Shown: positions 42,073 through 51,239 of the stretch, in pieces
How positions within the stretch are numbered: position 1 is the stretch's first letter
Layout of the letters: each line of letters begins with the position of its first letter
Virus record (IMG/VR): IMGVR_UViG_3300046007_003718
Span: 1-64,000 of that record
DNA length: 64,000 nucleotides
Reading direction: 5' to 3' (one strand)
From: a virus
Program-made: the position numbers and the translations under genes
The notes under the pieces: generated by a model
Told to the model about the DNA's origin: nothing
Databases searched by the model: none
Seen by the model: only the letters and a program-made list of their open reading frames with translations

Positions 42073-43110
42073 CTAGAAGGCCGTCACCTCCTCCACCTCA
42101 TCCTCGGACAGCAGGCCCGCCTCCACGATGAAGGGCGAGACCCCGGTGATGTTGCGCCCGTAGACGGAGGTGCTGCTGACGAACAGAACGTCCTCGGCGC
42201 GGGTCATGGCGACGTATGCCATGCGGCGCTCCTCCTCAACGTCCTGCGGGGTCTTGGCGAGCGCGTGGGGCAGCAGGCCCTCGCTCATCCCGGCGATGAA
42301 CACGACCGGCCATTCCAGCCCCTTGGAGCGGTGGATGCTGAGGATGGTCACGGCGTCGTCCTCGTTCTCGCCCCGGAGGTCGGAGGCCTTGGCGGTCACG
42401 CTCTCCTGCTCCACGAACCATGCGACGAACGCCGCGAGGTCGTCCCCGAACTCGGCCCCGGAGAGGGCTACGTCCTCCACGATTGCGATGGAGCCGTCGC
42501 CGTTGGTCTCGGGGGTCTCGGTGTCCTCCTCGGCCTGATCGCGCAGCCATGCGGCCACCCCGGAGTCCTCAGCGATGCCGCGCACAATGTCAATCACGGG
42601 CACCTTGCCGACCATCTCACGGTACTTGCGAATGAGGGCGATGAAGGCGTCCATGTTGTCCTTCTGGCGACGGTTTATACGGGCGTCCTTAAGGCCAAAG
42701 AACGGGTCGTTCGGGCAGGCAGCGTAGGCCTGACGGGCGACACCGGCACCAAGGAACCGCGAGGGCGTGGACAGGGCCGTGGTCAGGGCCTCCTCGTCGG
42801 CGTTGCCGACGACCACGCGCAGGTAAGAGGTGATCGCCTGAGTCTGGTACCGCTTCCAAAACGACGGGGAACCGATGATGCGAAAGGTGAAGCCAGCGCG
42901 GGTAAACGCGCTTTCCAGCGGGCGGGTCTGACGGTTGGTACGGACCAGCACGGCGATGCTCGCGCCGGGGACACCGGCATCGCGCAGGGCCTTGATCTGG
43001 GTGGCGATGTTGTCGGCCTCCTCGCCCTCGTCGTTGTAGTGCGCGTAGTTGATGGGGTCCAGCCCGGTGGCCGGGATGATGAACTCAGGGATATCGGTGG
43101 TGGTGTCCAT
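42073..43110 (-). CDS. UvrD/PcrA-like helicase, C-terminal half
   Basis: IAVLVRTN, SIHRSKGLEW (motif V), EEERR.AYVAMTRA (motif VI); own AAGGAG RBS. Confidence 0.92.
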   Translation of the reverse strand: MDTTTDIPEFIIPATGLDPINYAHYNDEGEEADNIATQIKALRDAGVPGASIAVLVRTNRQTRPLESAFTRAGFTFRIIGSPSFWKRYQTQAITSYLRVVVGNADEEALTTALSTPSRFLGAGVARQAYAACPNDPFFGLKDARINRRQKDNMDAFIALIRKYREMVGKVPVIDIVRGIAEDSGVAAWLRDQAEEDTETPETNGDGSIAIVEDVALSGAEFGDDLAAFVAWFVEQESVTAKASDLRGENEDDAVTILSIHRSKGLEWPVVFIAGMSEGLLPHALAKTPQDVEEERRMAYVAMTRAEDVLFVSSTSVYGRNITGVSPFIVEAGLLSEDEVEEVTAF

Positions 43111-43135
43111 GTGGTCTCCTTAGTCGTGTAGAGGC

Positions 43136-43188
43136 ATCGTACAGGAAGGGCCGGGAGGATGCAAGCCCTCCCGGCCCCTCGTTTATCC
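43136..43188 (-). promoter_or_regulatory. Promoter TTGCAT-17-TACGAT inside a GC inverted repeat, plus a TAAACG box
   Basis: -35 at 43164-43159 lies in the loop of GGGCCGGGAGG/CCTCCCGGCCC. Confidence 0.7.
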
Positions 43189-43191
43189 GGG

Positions 43192-44271
43192 CTACCCGGC
43201 CAGCACCTCCACCGGGACGCCCTCAGCCTCGTCGTGGTCACGGTGCGGGGCGACCTCCTTGCCCAGCCGCTCCTTGTTGTGGGCGATGAGGCGGGCCGCA
43301 GCCTCCACGATGGGGCGACGGGAGCGGTAGTTGGTACCAAGGTTCACGACCGTCACCTCGCCCTTAGTCTGGGCGATGAACTCGGCAGGGACCGCGCCCC
43401 GGAACGAGTAGATGCTCTGGTCGTCGTCCCCGACCATCGTGAGGTTGGAGGTCTGCGATGCCAGCACCCGCATGAGGCCGAACTGCACCGGGTTGCAGTC
43501 CTGCGCCTCGTCCACGAACACCCACTTGACGCGGCCGATCACGGCCTCGCGCACCTTGTCGTCCTTGGCGGCAGCGAGACCCCGGATGCCCATGCATGAG
43601 AAGGTGACGCTAATCACGCCGCCCTGCCGACGCTTCCAGCCCCGGTCGCGGCCCTTACCCTGAACCGCCCAACCCTCGTCCAGCAGGCGCTCCATGATCT
43701 TGTAAACGGTGCCCACCACCGGGTCGGCATCGGGCAGGGAGAGGTACTGCTCGGCGGTGAGGTTCTGGTCCATGATCTTGGACACGGCCTTGGCGATCTT
43801 GCCAGCCTTGCGGGGCATGTCCACGCCGTACTCGGAGCCGCCCCACTCGCTGTCGTTGGCGAGGTTGTGGCCGAACGGGCAGTAGCGCGAGGGAGCCTCT
43901 ACGATGCCGCGCACCATGCCTGTCACCTGACTCGGGGACAGCAGGGAGCCGCCGTACTTGCCAGCGTTTATCCGCTTACCCTTCTGCTGGCGGTAGAACT
44001 TGTACCCCAGCGAGTGCAGGGTGCCAACGTGGGCCAGCCGCTCCACGACCTCATCACCGACAAGGGTGGCAAGGCGGGACTTCATCTCCTCGGCGGCAGC
44101 CGTGGTGAAGGTAGCCAGCACGATGCTCTCGGGGGCCTCGCCCTCGGAGATGAGGCGGGCGACACGGTGAACCAGCACGCGGGTCTTACCGGAACCAGCA
44201 CCAGCGTTAATGACCAGCGGCCCCTCGCCGTGGTCAATCGCCGTCTGCTGCTCGGGACTCATGGTAGCCAT
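43192..44271 (-). CDS. UvrD/PcrA-like helicase, N-terminal half
   Basis: Q motif, AGAGSGKT, TFT..AA.EM, DEAQD, VGDDDQSIYSFRGA, NYRS; start re-called at MATMS (GGAGG RBS). Confidence 0.92.
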   Translation of the reverse strand: MATMSPEQQTAIDHGEGPLVINAGAGSGKTRVLVHRVARLISEGEAPESIVLATFTTAAAEEMKSRLATLVGDEVVERLAHVGTLHSLGYKFYRQQKGKRINAGKYGGSLLSPSQVTGMVRGIVEAPSRYCPFGHNLANDSEWGGSEYGVDMPRKAGKIAKAVSKIMDQNLTAEQYLSLPDADPVVGTVYKIMERLLDEGWAVQGKGRDRGWKRRQGGVISVTFSCMGIRGLAAAKDDKVREAVIGRVKWVFVDEAQDCNPVQFGLMRVLASQTSNLTMVGDDDQSIYSFRGAVPAEFIAQTKGEVTVVNLGTNYRSRRPIVEAAARLIAHNKERLGKEVAPHRDHDEAEGVPVEVLAG

Positions 44272-44315
44272 GCTCTTTCCTCCTCGTTCGGCGGGGCCGT
44301 TCCCCGTGTTCACGC

Positions 44316-44359
44316 ATCGTACCACAGGTGGTTCTGAGATTGCAAGTCCTCGTTTAGAC
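44316..44359 (-). promoter_or_regulatory. Promoter with TAAACG box
   Basis: GTCTAAACG-N5-TTGCAA-18-TACGAT. Confidence 0.75.
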
Positions 44360-44389
44360 GGGGTGCCGCATTGGCGTTTGGGCGCGAGT

Positions 44390-44930
44390 AGCACACCTTG
44401 TCTGAATCCACAAGTACCCCTTGTGCGTACTTGCTACAAAGTCGGTCCCGAGATTGTAAAGTCCCTGCTCCGAGCAGGCACTTTCACCAGAGCCGTTCTA
44501 CGGGCCTTGGAGGGATTCCCGAGGGTCGTTACACCTGAGACCTGTAAAGTCCCTGCTCGTAGCGACTTTCGGGGGTTGGCACGGAGGCCCGAGAATCGCC
44601 TGAGAGCGATTGTGGTGAGACTTTGTGCGAGATTGACACAAGCAAGTTGAGGTCGCTTGTGCGGATTCAGCACAATCTCAGTTGCTTGCACTCGCAAGGA
44701 CTCAGTTGCACTTGCAAGTACCTTGTAGCACTTTGTCACAAGAATCCCGTTAAAGCCGTTGGGTTTCTTGGGTATAAAAGCCTGAGATGTTGTTGGGATT
44801 CTTGTGCTGATTTCGCACAATGTTGTTGCAGTAGCAAGTACCTTGTTCAGTTTCGCACAAGGTCACGCTTGTAGGTATCCGCACAATGTAGTTGCAAGTG
44901 CAAGCACAGCGTTTACACGCGGTCCTCGGG
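44390..44930. repeat. Non-coding TTG/CAA-rich tract with direct and inverted repeats (candidate origin)
   Basis: CACAAGAATCCC inverted pair (44737/44795); GCAAGTACCTTGT x2; TTTCGCACAA x2; TGTAAAGTCCCTGCTC x2. Confidence 0.7.
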
Positions 44931-44984
44931 GCCTTACACGATTGGGGAGAGAATGTCAAGGGCTACGGGCCTCAGATTTGACGC

Positions 44985-45080
44985 CCTGAGAGGCGATATA
45001 CGGGCCTCGGAGGGCCTACCCCATGCTAGGACATTCGGGAAGCATGGAAGGCCCGTGTGTGGCCTCCTGTGGCCTCCTAG
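44985..45080. repeat. CCCATGCTAG-core element, copy 3
   Basis: Core at 45020. Confidence 0.85.
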
Positions 45081-45118
45081 GGGGTATCGGGGTATCCGGG
45101 CCTGTCCATCAACGAAAG

Positions 45119-45138
45119 AGGGGGCCTTGCGGCCCCCT
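45119..45138 (-). terminator. Terminator GGGGGCC-GCAA-GGCCCCC
   Basis: Identical hairpin at 46093-46110. Confidence 0.75.
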
Positions 45139-45170
45139 CCCTGTCCTGCTCCTCGTTTGTACGCGGTGCC

Positions 45171-45536
45171 CTAGACCGCTGCCTGCTCGGCCCGCTGCTC
45201 ACGGGCGAGGTCGTACAGAGCATTGGCGGCTGCGGTCTTGGTTGTGTAGAGGCCGACCTTCTCGCCACCACGGTCGTAGGCGTGCCACTTGCCGTTCGCC
45301 CGATAGACCTCGCCCAGATACATCTCGCTGCGCCAGCGGTAGTAGCCAACCGCGTGCGGATTCCGCATCTTAACGACCTCGCGGCCCTCGGTCACGATGC
45401 CGTCCTCCCATGCGTAGATGCCCTGCGATGCGTAGATGGTGCTGACCAGAGGCTCATGGGCGCTAACCTCACGATGCCCCCATCGGATGTTCTCGTTGGG
45501 GACATACTCCTCGTTCTGGATGGTCTGGATTCTCAT
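45171..45536 (-). CDS. Hypothetical protein
   Basis: AGGAG RBS; GC3-rich codons. Confidence 0.65.
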   Translation of the reverse strand: MRIQTIQNEEYVPNENIRWGHREVSAHEPLVSTIYASQGIYAWEDGIVTEGREVVKMRNPHAVGYYRWRSEMYLGEVYRANGKWHAYDRGGEKVGLYTTKTAAANALYDLAREQRAEQAAV

Positions 45537-45594
45537 GGGATTCTCCTGTTCGTTGGCTGCTGAGGCAGTCTAGCACGTTTGTACCGCGTGCGCC

Positions 45595-45885
45595 CTAGCC
45601 CTCCTGCGCCTCCATGTAGTCAAAGATTGCGTGAACGCCCTCCTTGGTGAACCAGATCACGGGGTCGCCGGGGTCGTAGTGGTCGTCCTCGTCCACGAAC
45701 ATCAGGCCCTTGGCGACCAGAGACCCGATCACCCCATCGGCCTCATGCTTGTTTCCGATGATGCGCTGGGCACCAGAGAGGTCAAGGTTGGAGTAGTTGT
45801 CGCTCAGTTGCCCCTCCCGGTCGTCGTAGTTGAGGGCGGCGGTCAAAAGGATTGCCTCGCGCTCGGTGATGTTGCTCATGGTCAT
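45595..45885 (-). CDS. Winged-helix-like hypothetical protein
   Basis: GVIGSLVAKGL...W.T.EG pattern. Confidence 0.55.
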   Translation of the reverse strand: MTMSNITEREAILLTAALNYDDREGQLSDNYSNLDLSGAQRIIGNKHEADGVIGSLVAKGLMFVDEDDHYDPGDPVIWFTKEGVHAIFDYMEAQEG

Positions 45886-45954
45886 GCTCCCTGTTCGTTG
45901 GCTGCCAGAGCAGCGTATCACAGATTCCAGACGTAGGCCCGATTCGCTGTGAAG

Positions 45955-46060
45955 CCCTGAGAGGCGTTCTACGGGCCTCGGATGCCTTCCCCCATGCTAG
46001 ACCCTTCCCAGACCATGCGAGGCCCTTCTAGGCCCCTTAGAATCGCTCCTAGGCCCTACC
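45955..46060. repeat. CCCATGCTAG-core element, copy 4
   Basis: Core at 45991. Confidence 0.85.
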
Positions 46061-46091
46061 GGGGGTCACGACCCCATCCCCGGATGCAGAA

Positions 46092-46111
46092 AGGGGGCCT
46101 TGCGGCCCCCT
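46092..46111 (-). terminator. Terminator GGGGGCC-GCAA-GGCCCCC
   Basis: Hairpin followed by TTTCT on the minus strand. Confidence 0.75.
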
Positions 46112-46140
46112 CCCCGTTTACACGCCCTGTACCTCCCGGC

Positions 46141-47308
46141 CTAGTAGTCGTCCAGCACCTCGTCCAGAAGGTCGCGCAGGCGCTCCACCTCATCCCCGGT
46201 CATGGCGACCGACACCTGCGGGCCGTCCAGCGTGGGGAAGGCGTGGAGGGTGATGTTGGCATCCCCGTCGCCCTTGTCAGTCACGAACACCACGGGGCCG
46301 TGGTAGGTCTCAATGCTGCTCATCGTTTACACGCTCCTGTTCTCGTTGTTGAGGTGATGCTTGCCGCCACACTTGGGGCAAGCCCGGACGAACGTGAGTC
46401 GCCCGGTGCTGTTCTCCCTGAGCCAGAGGGTGCCCTCCTTCTCGGGCTTGCCGACGTACATGCTCATCCCCCGCCCGGTGACGGTGTTGCCACCGGGGCA
46501 GGGAGCAGAGATGAATGAGGTGGCCCCCATCGTTTACACCCCCTTCTCGTCGTTGGGAAGGAACATGGCCTCGCGCTTGGCAGCCTTGGCGAACGACGAC
46601 CCGCTGATGGAGTACCTGCGGGGCCGGGACGGGGCGGCGATCAGAGCCGCGTGGAACTCGGTCGCCAGCGACTCGGCCTCGTAGGCGCTCGCCAGAGCAA
46701 CGTCGGCCTCCAACCCCTCGGGCAGAGCGTCGGCCTGCCGGTGGTACTCCTCGGCACGGGCTTCCAGCGCGTCCACGATGAACGCGGCCTCACCGATGCA
46801 GAGGTTACGGATGGAGACTCGGTACGGATTACCCATGATGCTGTCCTTTCGGTTGGTGTTGGGGCATTGTAGCACGCCCCTCAGACGGATGCCCTCCCCG
46901 TTTATCCGGGGAGGGGAGGCAGGGCAGGGCGGTGGCCCGCCCTGCCCCTGTCGTTTAGACCCCCTGCTCGGTGGTCTCCTCGTCCTGCGGCCCCTCCTCG
47001 TACTCGCGGGCGGCAGCGAGCAGCACCTCGGCAATCTCGCGGGCCTGCTGGGCGGTGAACTTGGCGTGAACGTATCCCTTCTCCTGCCCCTCGGAGGTTG
47101 CCAGCGTCCCCAGCACCATGACCGTCACCTCACCGAACTTTCCGCCAGCGATCTGGTAGTCCTGCCGGTGAGTCGTGAGGGAGTCGTTTCGCTCATGGGT
47201 GAATGAGGTGCCGTCGTTGGTGACGTAGGTGTACGGGCCGACGCCCTCGCCCTGCACCGTGTAGGTGGTGTAGTCGTCGTTCTCGTAGTTGCTGATGTTG
47301 ATGCTCAC
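46141..47308 (-). CDS. Four small hypothetical genes (46141-46323, 46327-46530, 46534-46836, 46955-47308)
   Basis: TAAACGATG stop-start junctions and RBS-supported starts. Confidence 0.6.
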
Positions 47309-47441
47309 GATGAAACTCCTCGGTTCAGTTGCTTGCTGAGGGGAAGTGTACCACACCCCTCGGACGGATGCCCTGCCCGTTTATTCGGGGAGGGGCGAGG
47401 GAGGGGGAGGGGAGGTGGCCCCTCCCCCTCCGGGGTGGTGA

Positions 47442-48203
47442 CTAGGCCCCGTGGGGAGCCGTCACCTTGGGCTTGCGGGTCTTGCGGGCGACCACCTGCA
47501 TACGCTCGCCGCAGCAGGGGCAGATCGGCGTGCCAGCCGCTTCCAGCCACTTGGCCGTCATGTTGAGGTTGTAAACGTCCTTGCCCTCACCGCTGGGGTC
47601 GCAGCCACGGGTGCCGTCCTCCTGCGGGGTGCAGCAGGCGACCTTCACCAGACGGGTGGCCTGCGGCTTGTGGACGACGTTCATGCCCTTGTGCGGGTAC
47701 TCGCCCAGCGACTCGCGCAGGCGGGCAGTCAGGGCCACGAAACGGTCCCCGGCGTAGGTGGCGGTGGGCTTGCCAGCGAGGCCGATGGTGCGAATCATCT
47801 CCACGAACGGACCCTTGTGGCCGTTCTTGTTGCCGTCAATGGCGTGGACAATCTCATGGGCGAGAACGTCCAGCACACCCGGCTCGCGCTCGTCGTTGCC
47901 CAGCGTGTCCTTGCGGCCCGTCTTGGGGCCGATAGCGTGGGCAAGGGCGGGCGACACGGTGATGTGCCGCACGTTGCCCTCGGGCGAGGAAGTCTCATGG
48001 TAGGCCATGCCGACCACGGAACCCTTGCCGCTCTTACCCAGCCACGCCCGCTTGTGCGAAAAGGACAGGTGCGGGGCGACGGTGTAGCCCTCGGGCATCG
48101 GGAAGCCAGCCTCGGCCAGAATGGTGAGCAGGCCGTCAGTTGCGGCGGCGATGTAGGACTCAGGCGTGTCGTGGACCTGAGCGTGAATCGGTGAGTAACC
48201 CAT
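47442..48203 (-). CDS. SprT-like zinc metalloprotease with C-terminal Zn ribbon
   Basis: LAHEIVHA.....GH.GPF; CC...C...CPCC. Confidence 0.8.
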   Translation of the reverse strand: MGYSPIHAQVHDTPESYIAAATDGLLTILAEAGFPMPEGYTVAPHLSFSHKRAWLGKSGKGSVVGMAYHETSSPEGNVRHITVSPALAHAIGPKTGRKDTLGNDEREPGVLDVLAHEIVHAIDGNKNGHKGPFVEMIRTIGLAGKPTATYAGDRFVALTARLRESLGEYPHKGMNVVHKPQATRLVKVACCTPQEDGTRGCDPSGEGKDVYNLNMTAKWLEAAGTPICPCCGERMQVVARKTRKPKVTAPHGA

Positions 48204-48373
48204 GATGCTGTCTCCTTGGTTGGTTGCTGTACGGGGATTAAACCAGATGGTGTGAGCCGTGTCAAGTGCCCGGTGTGGGCGGCTCGTTTATCCCTGCCCC
48301 GGCAGTATGACAGATGCTCCGGGGGAATACAAGCCCTCCCCGAATCCTCGCTCGGGGAGGGCGTTTAGATGCC

Positions 48374-49030
48374 CTAGAGGTCGGCCTCGTACTCATCGGC
48401 CAGCCGGTCCAGCGTGTAGGCCTGATACTCGGCCTCCCGGTGGGTCTCCATCCACTCACGCTCGCGCTTGGGGTCGTAAGCGAACCCATCCTCATCCCCG
48501 AATCCTGCGGCGATATGCAAGGCATCAGCGGCCTTCTCACGCAGAGCCTCGGCTCCTGCCCTCAGAACCTCCACCCTCTCCTGCTGAATCATCCGGCTTG
48601 TTGCAACACCCATCGTTGTCTCCCTGTTCGTTGTTGGGGGACCGTAGCACAGATTGGGGAGAGGGCACAAGGCCCCGTTTATCCTTCCACCCACGACCAC
48701 ACCTCGGGGTCGGTAGGATGCTGCTCGGGGAGGGTGGCAAGGCGCGGCCATGCAGTCATGCCTTCCTGCTCCATGATGGTGAAGGCCGCGTTTACACGGG
48801 CGGTGATGTTGGTGAACTGCCCCTCACGGAGCCACTCCATGTACCGCTGCTCATCGCTCAACATGACCAAGCCCCCTAGTAAGAATCCACGCATCCAGAG
48901 CATCCTGAACAAACGATGTGATGCGCTCCTGCACCGTATCAAAGTCCACGGTGCCCTCCTGCTTGTCCCACTCAGCGGCGTCCAGCGAAACCTGAACGGA
49001 GATTGGCAGAGAGATGTTGCCGCTTACCAT
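48374..49030 (-). CDS. Three small hypothetical genes (48374-48613, 48679-48864, 48851-49030)
   Basis: RBS-supported starts. Confidence 0.5.
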
Positions 49031-49191
49031 GACACTTCCTCCTTGTGCTTACGCTTGCGCGTGTAACGGATGTTTACACGCTCGGGCGCATCCTTGCGCG
49101 AGCGCCTGACCTCAATGCGAACCCGCTGGCGCATACGACGCGCACGCTTAGGCTCAACGAACTTCTCCTCGTCCCGCTCTTGCTCGTACAT
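49024..49191 (-). CDS. 55-aa basic protein (not in the ORF track)
   Basis: AGGAG RBS and upstream promoter; MYEQERDEEK...YTRKRKHKEEVSW. Confidence 0.65.
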   Translation of the reverse strand: MYEQERDEEKFVEPKRARRMRQRVRIEVRRSRKDAPERVNIRYTRKRKHKEEVSW

Positions 49192-49254
49192 GGTATCTCC
49201 TAATAGTTATCTATCTAACTAATGAATATCTATCTAACTGCTTGCTGCTCAGAC

Positions 49255-49296
49255 AGCATACCATCTCAGATGAGAGATGCAAGGCCTCGTTTATTC
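49255..49296 (-). promoter_or_regulatory. Promoter with TAAACG box
   Basis: GAATAAACG-N5-TTGCAT-16-TATGCT. Confidence 0.75.
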
Positions 49297-50892
49297 GCCC
49301 TCAATCTCCATACCAATCGTGAATCCTAGGCTAGCACCAGACTTGGTGTTGTAAACGCCGTCAGGCACCCATCCGCTAACATCGTAGAACGACTCCAACA
49401 CAGTCCCCTTCACGGATTCTAGCGAACGGTGAAGGGTAAACCACACTTCACTCTCATGCACCTTGCGCTCAACTAGAAGCCACGGACGCTCCTGCTGCCC
49501 AGCAACCTCCAACCGAACATTGTCTGGGTCAATGTGGAAATCCTGATCGTAGTCCTCTAGGATTTCCACAATCACCTTATTGGTGATCTGAACATCGTCA
49601 GGGATGCAACTAACACTCATCGTTTAATCCTCCTGTATGATTTCGGCAATATAACCTGCATAGCAGTTAAACTTCTCCTCATCGTTGGCTGATGAAGGAA
49701 CCTCAACATAACCATCGTGAACCCAAACATCATGCCCATCTATGCAACCGGGCTGACCGTCAAAGAGCATACGGCAGACCTGATGTGAAGTGCTGCCGTC
49801 GTCGTAGAACTGCCACCAATCATCAGAGCCAAAGCGGAGGCGATGAAGGGTCACAGTCTCCTGCTCGTACTTCTGGGGAGGCATGATTAAACGCCCCACT
49901 CAGAAAGGTTGCCATTGGCACGCTCAGGGACTCGGACACGGTACTCGGGGTAATAGACCTCACCGTTGGTGGTGTCCACGATAGCAACCACTACCCACAC
50001 ACCCTGTGCGTCAGCGTCCACCACAGAGTCGTAGATAGAGGTGTCGGCGTACTCGGCAGCCTCGTCCCACTCATCCTTGCCGTCGTAGAGAACATCGAAG
50101 TCCCCGCCCTTGACGACAGCGATGAAGCGGTACAGGTTGCCGTCAGAATCCCAGAATCCCGACTGCGGGGAGCCATGACGGGGAGTTCCCCACGCACTCT
50201 GAATCCTGTCCATCATCTCCTCAGCCTGCTCGCGCTGCTCAATCTCTGCATCGGTAATGCTCATCAGAATCTCCTTTAGTTTGTTGCTGCTTAGACAGCA
50301 TAGCACCTCAGACCTAAGATGCAAGTGCCCGTTTATTCGTCGTAGTAGTCGAAACTGTCTGAGACCGGACCTTCCTGCTGTAGCAGGGAGAACACTTCCC
50401 ACGCCTCGTCCTCGTCCTCTATGTAGAAAGAAACGTCCCGTAGTCCAAAGCCAGCACCAGAATCGAACTGATAACCCTTAGACTCTCGGATGCCCTCAAA
50501 GAAGTCCTGCAACTCGTTTAGACGCTCAATGGGATATGAAGCAGAAACAACAAACATTATCCCTCCCTCCACTCAGGCCCCTCGTCCAGAATGTCCATAA
50601 CCTGAACATCTCCGGGCTGGCAATCAATAAGGTCATGCCAAGCCCAACGGTCGGGGCAATCATCTGAGGCATCGGTTGTGATGCGAAGGGTGATGGTGTA
50701 AACGCGCATCTCTCTCACGTTCAGAACGTAAGCAGGAAACCTCTCACCACAGTCGTAGCACTTGTAGCCACAGACCAGAACCTCACGGTCATGCTCATCA
50801 ATCTCAACATCATGCCCAGACTGCGAGGTGACGTTCTCAGACTGACAGTTTACACAACACTCGGGATTATCAACAAAGTTTACGGCACTCAT
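49291..50892 (-). CDS. Five small acidic hypothetical genes (49291-49620, 49624-49899, 49887-50264, 50333-50572, 50557-50892)
   Basis: Packed ORFs. Confidence 0.55.
50297..50338 (-). promoter_or_regulatory. Promoter with TAAACG box
   Basis: GAATAAACG-N5-TTGCAT-16-TATGCT. Confidence 0.75.
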
Positions 50893-50895
50893 CGT

Positions 50896-51075
50896 TTAAC
50901 CATCCTGTCGGGGAGTGATGTACCCAGCCTCAATCAGAGCCGCAGCCATGCGACCGTAAGAGCCTTGCAGGCTCCATGCCATACCTGTATCCACAAGGTA
51001 CTGAAAGAGGTCAATGATACCCTCCTCATCCAACTCACCCTGCTCATACTCCATAATCGAACTAACGTAATCCAT
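50896..51075 (-). CDS. 59-aa phage protein with W.LQG.YGR motif (not in the ORF track)
   Basis: AAGGAG RBS; [29 protein letters not shown]. Confidence 0.7.
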   Translation of the reverse strand: MDYVSSIMEYEQGELDEEGIIDLFQYLVDTGMAWSLQGSYGRMAAALIEAGYITPRQDG

Positions 51076-51193
51076 TTCTATCTCCTTACCTAGTCAGAGA
51101 AAACGTAAGACCGGCCACTACCCACACGGCCAGAACGCCAACTGCGATTACAATAAAAGTTTCCATCTTGCCCTCCTCGTTGCTTGCCTTGTA

Positions 51194-51236
51194 AGCATAG
51201 GGAATATATCTCACTAATGCAACTATTCGTTTATTC
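51194..51236 (-). promoter_or_regulatory. Promoter with TAAACG box
   Basis: GAATAAACG-N5-TTGCAT-17-TATGCT. Confidence 0.75.
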
Positions 51237-51239
51237 AGC

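Noticed and set aside
43110-43194. Amber readthrough, recoding or ribosomal hopping joining the two helicase halves (gap is in frame; small CCGGG-TAG-CCCGG hairpin)
   Set aside because: An in-frame TAA follows three codons later, the second half has its own promoter and RBS, and TAG ends many intact genes elsewhere.
44434-44959. ORFs within the TTG/CAA tract
   Set aside because: No RBS, and the translations merely reflect the repeat composition.
41730-46060. CRISPR array
   Set aside because: The repeats are dispersed and degenerate with no regular repeat-spacer period, and there are no cas genes.
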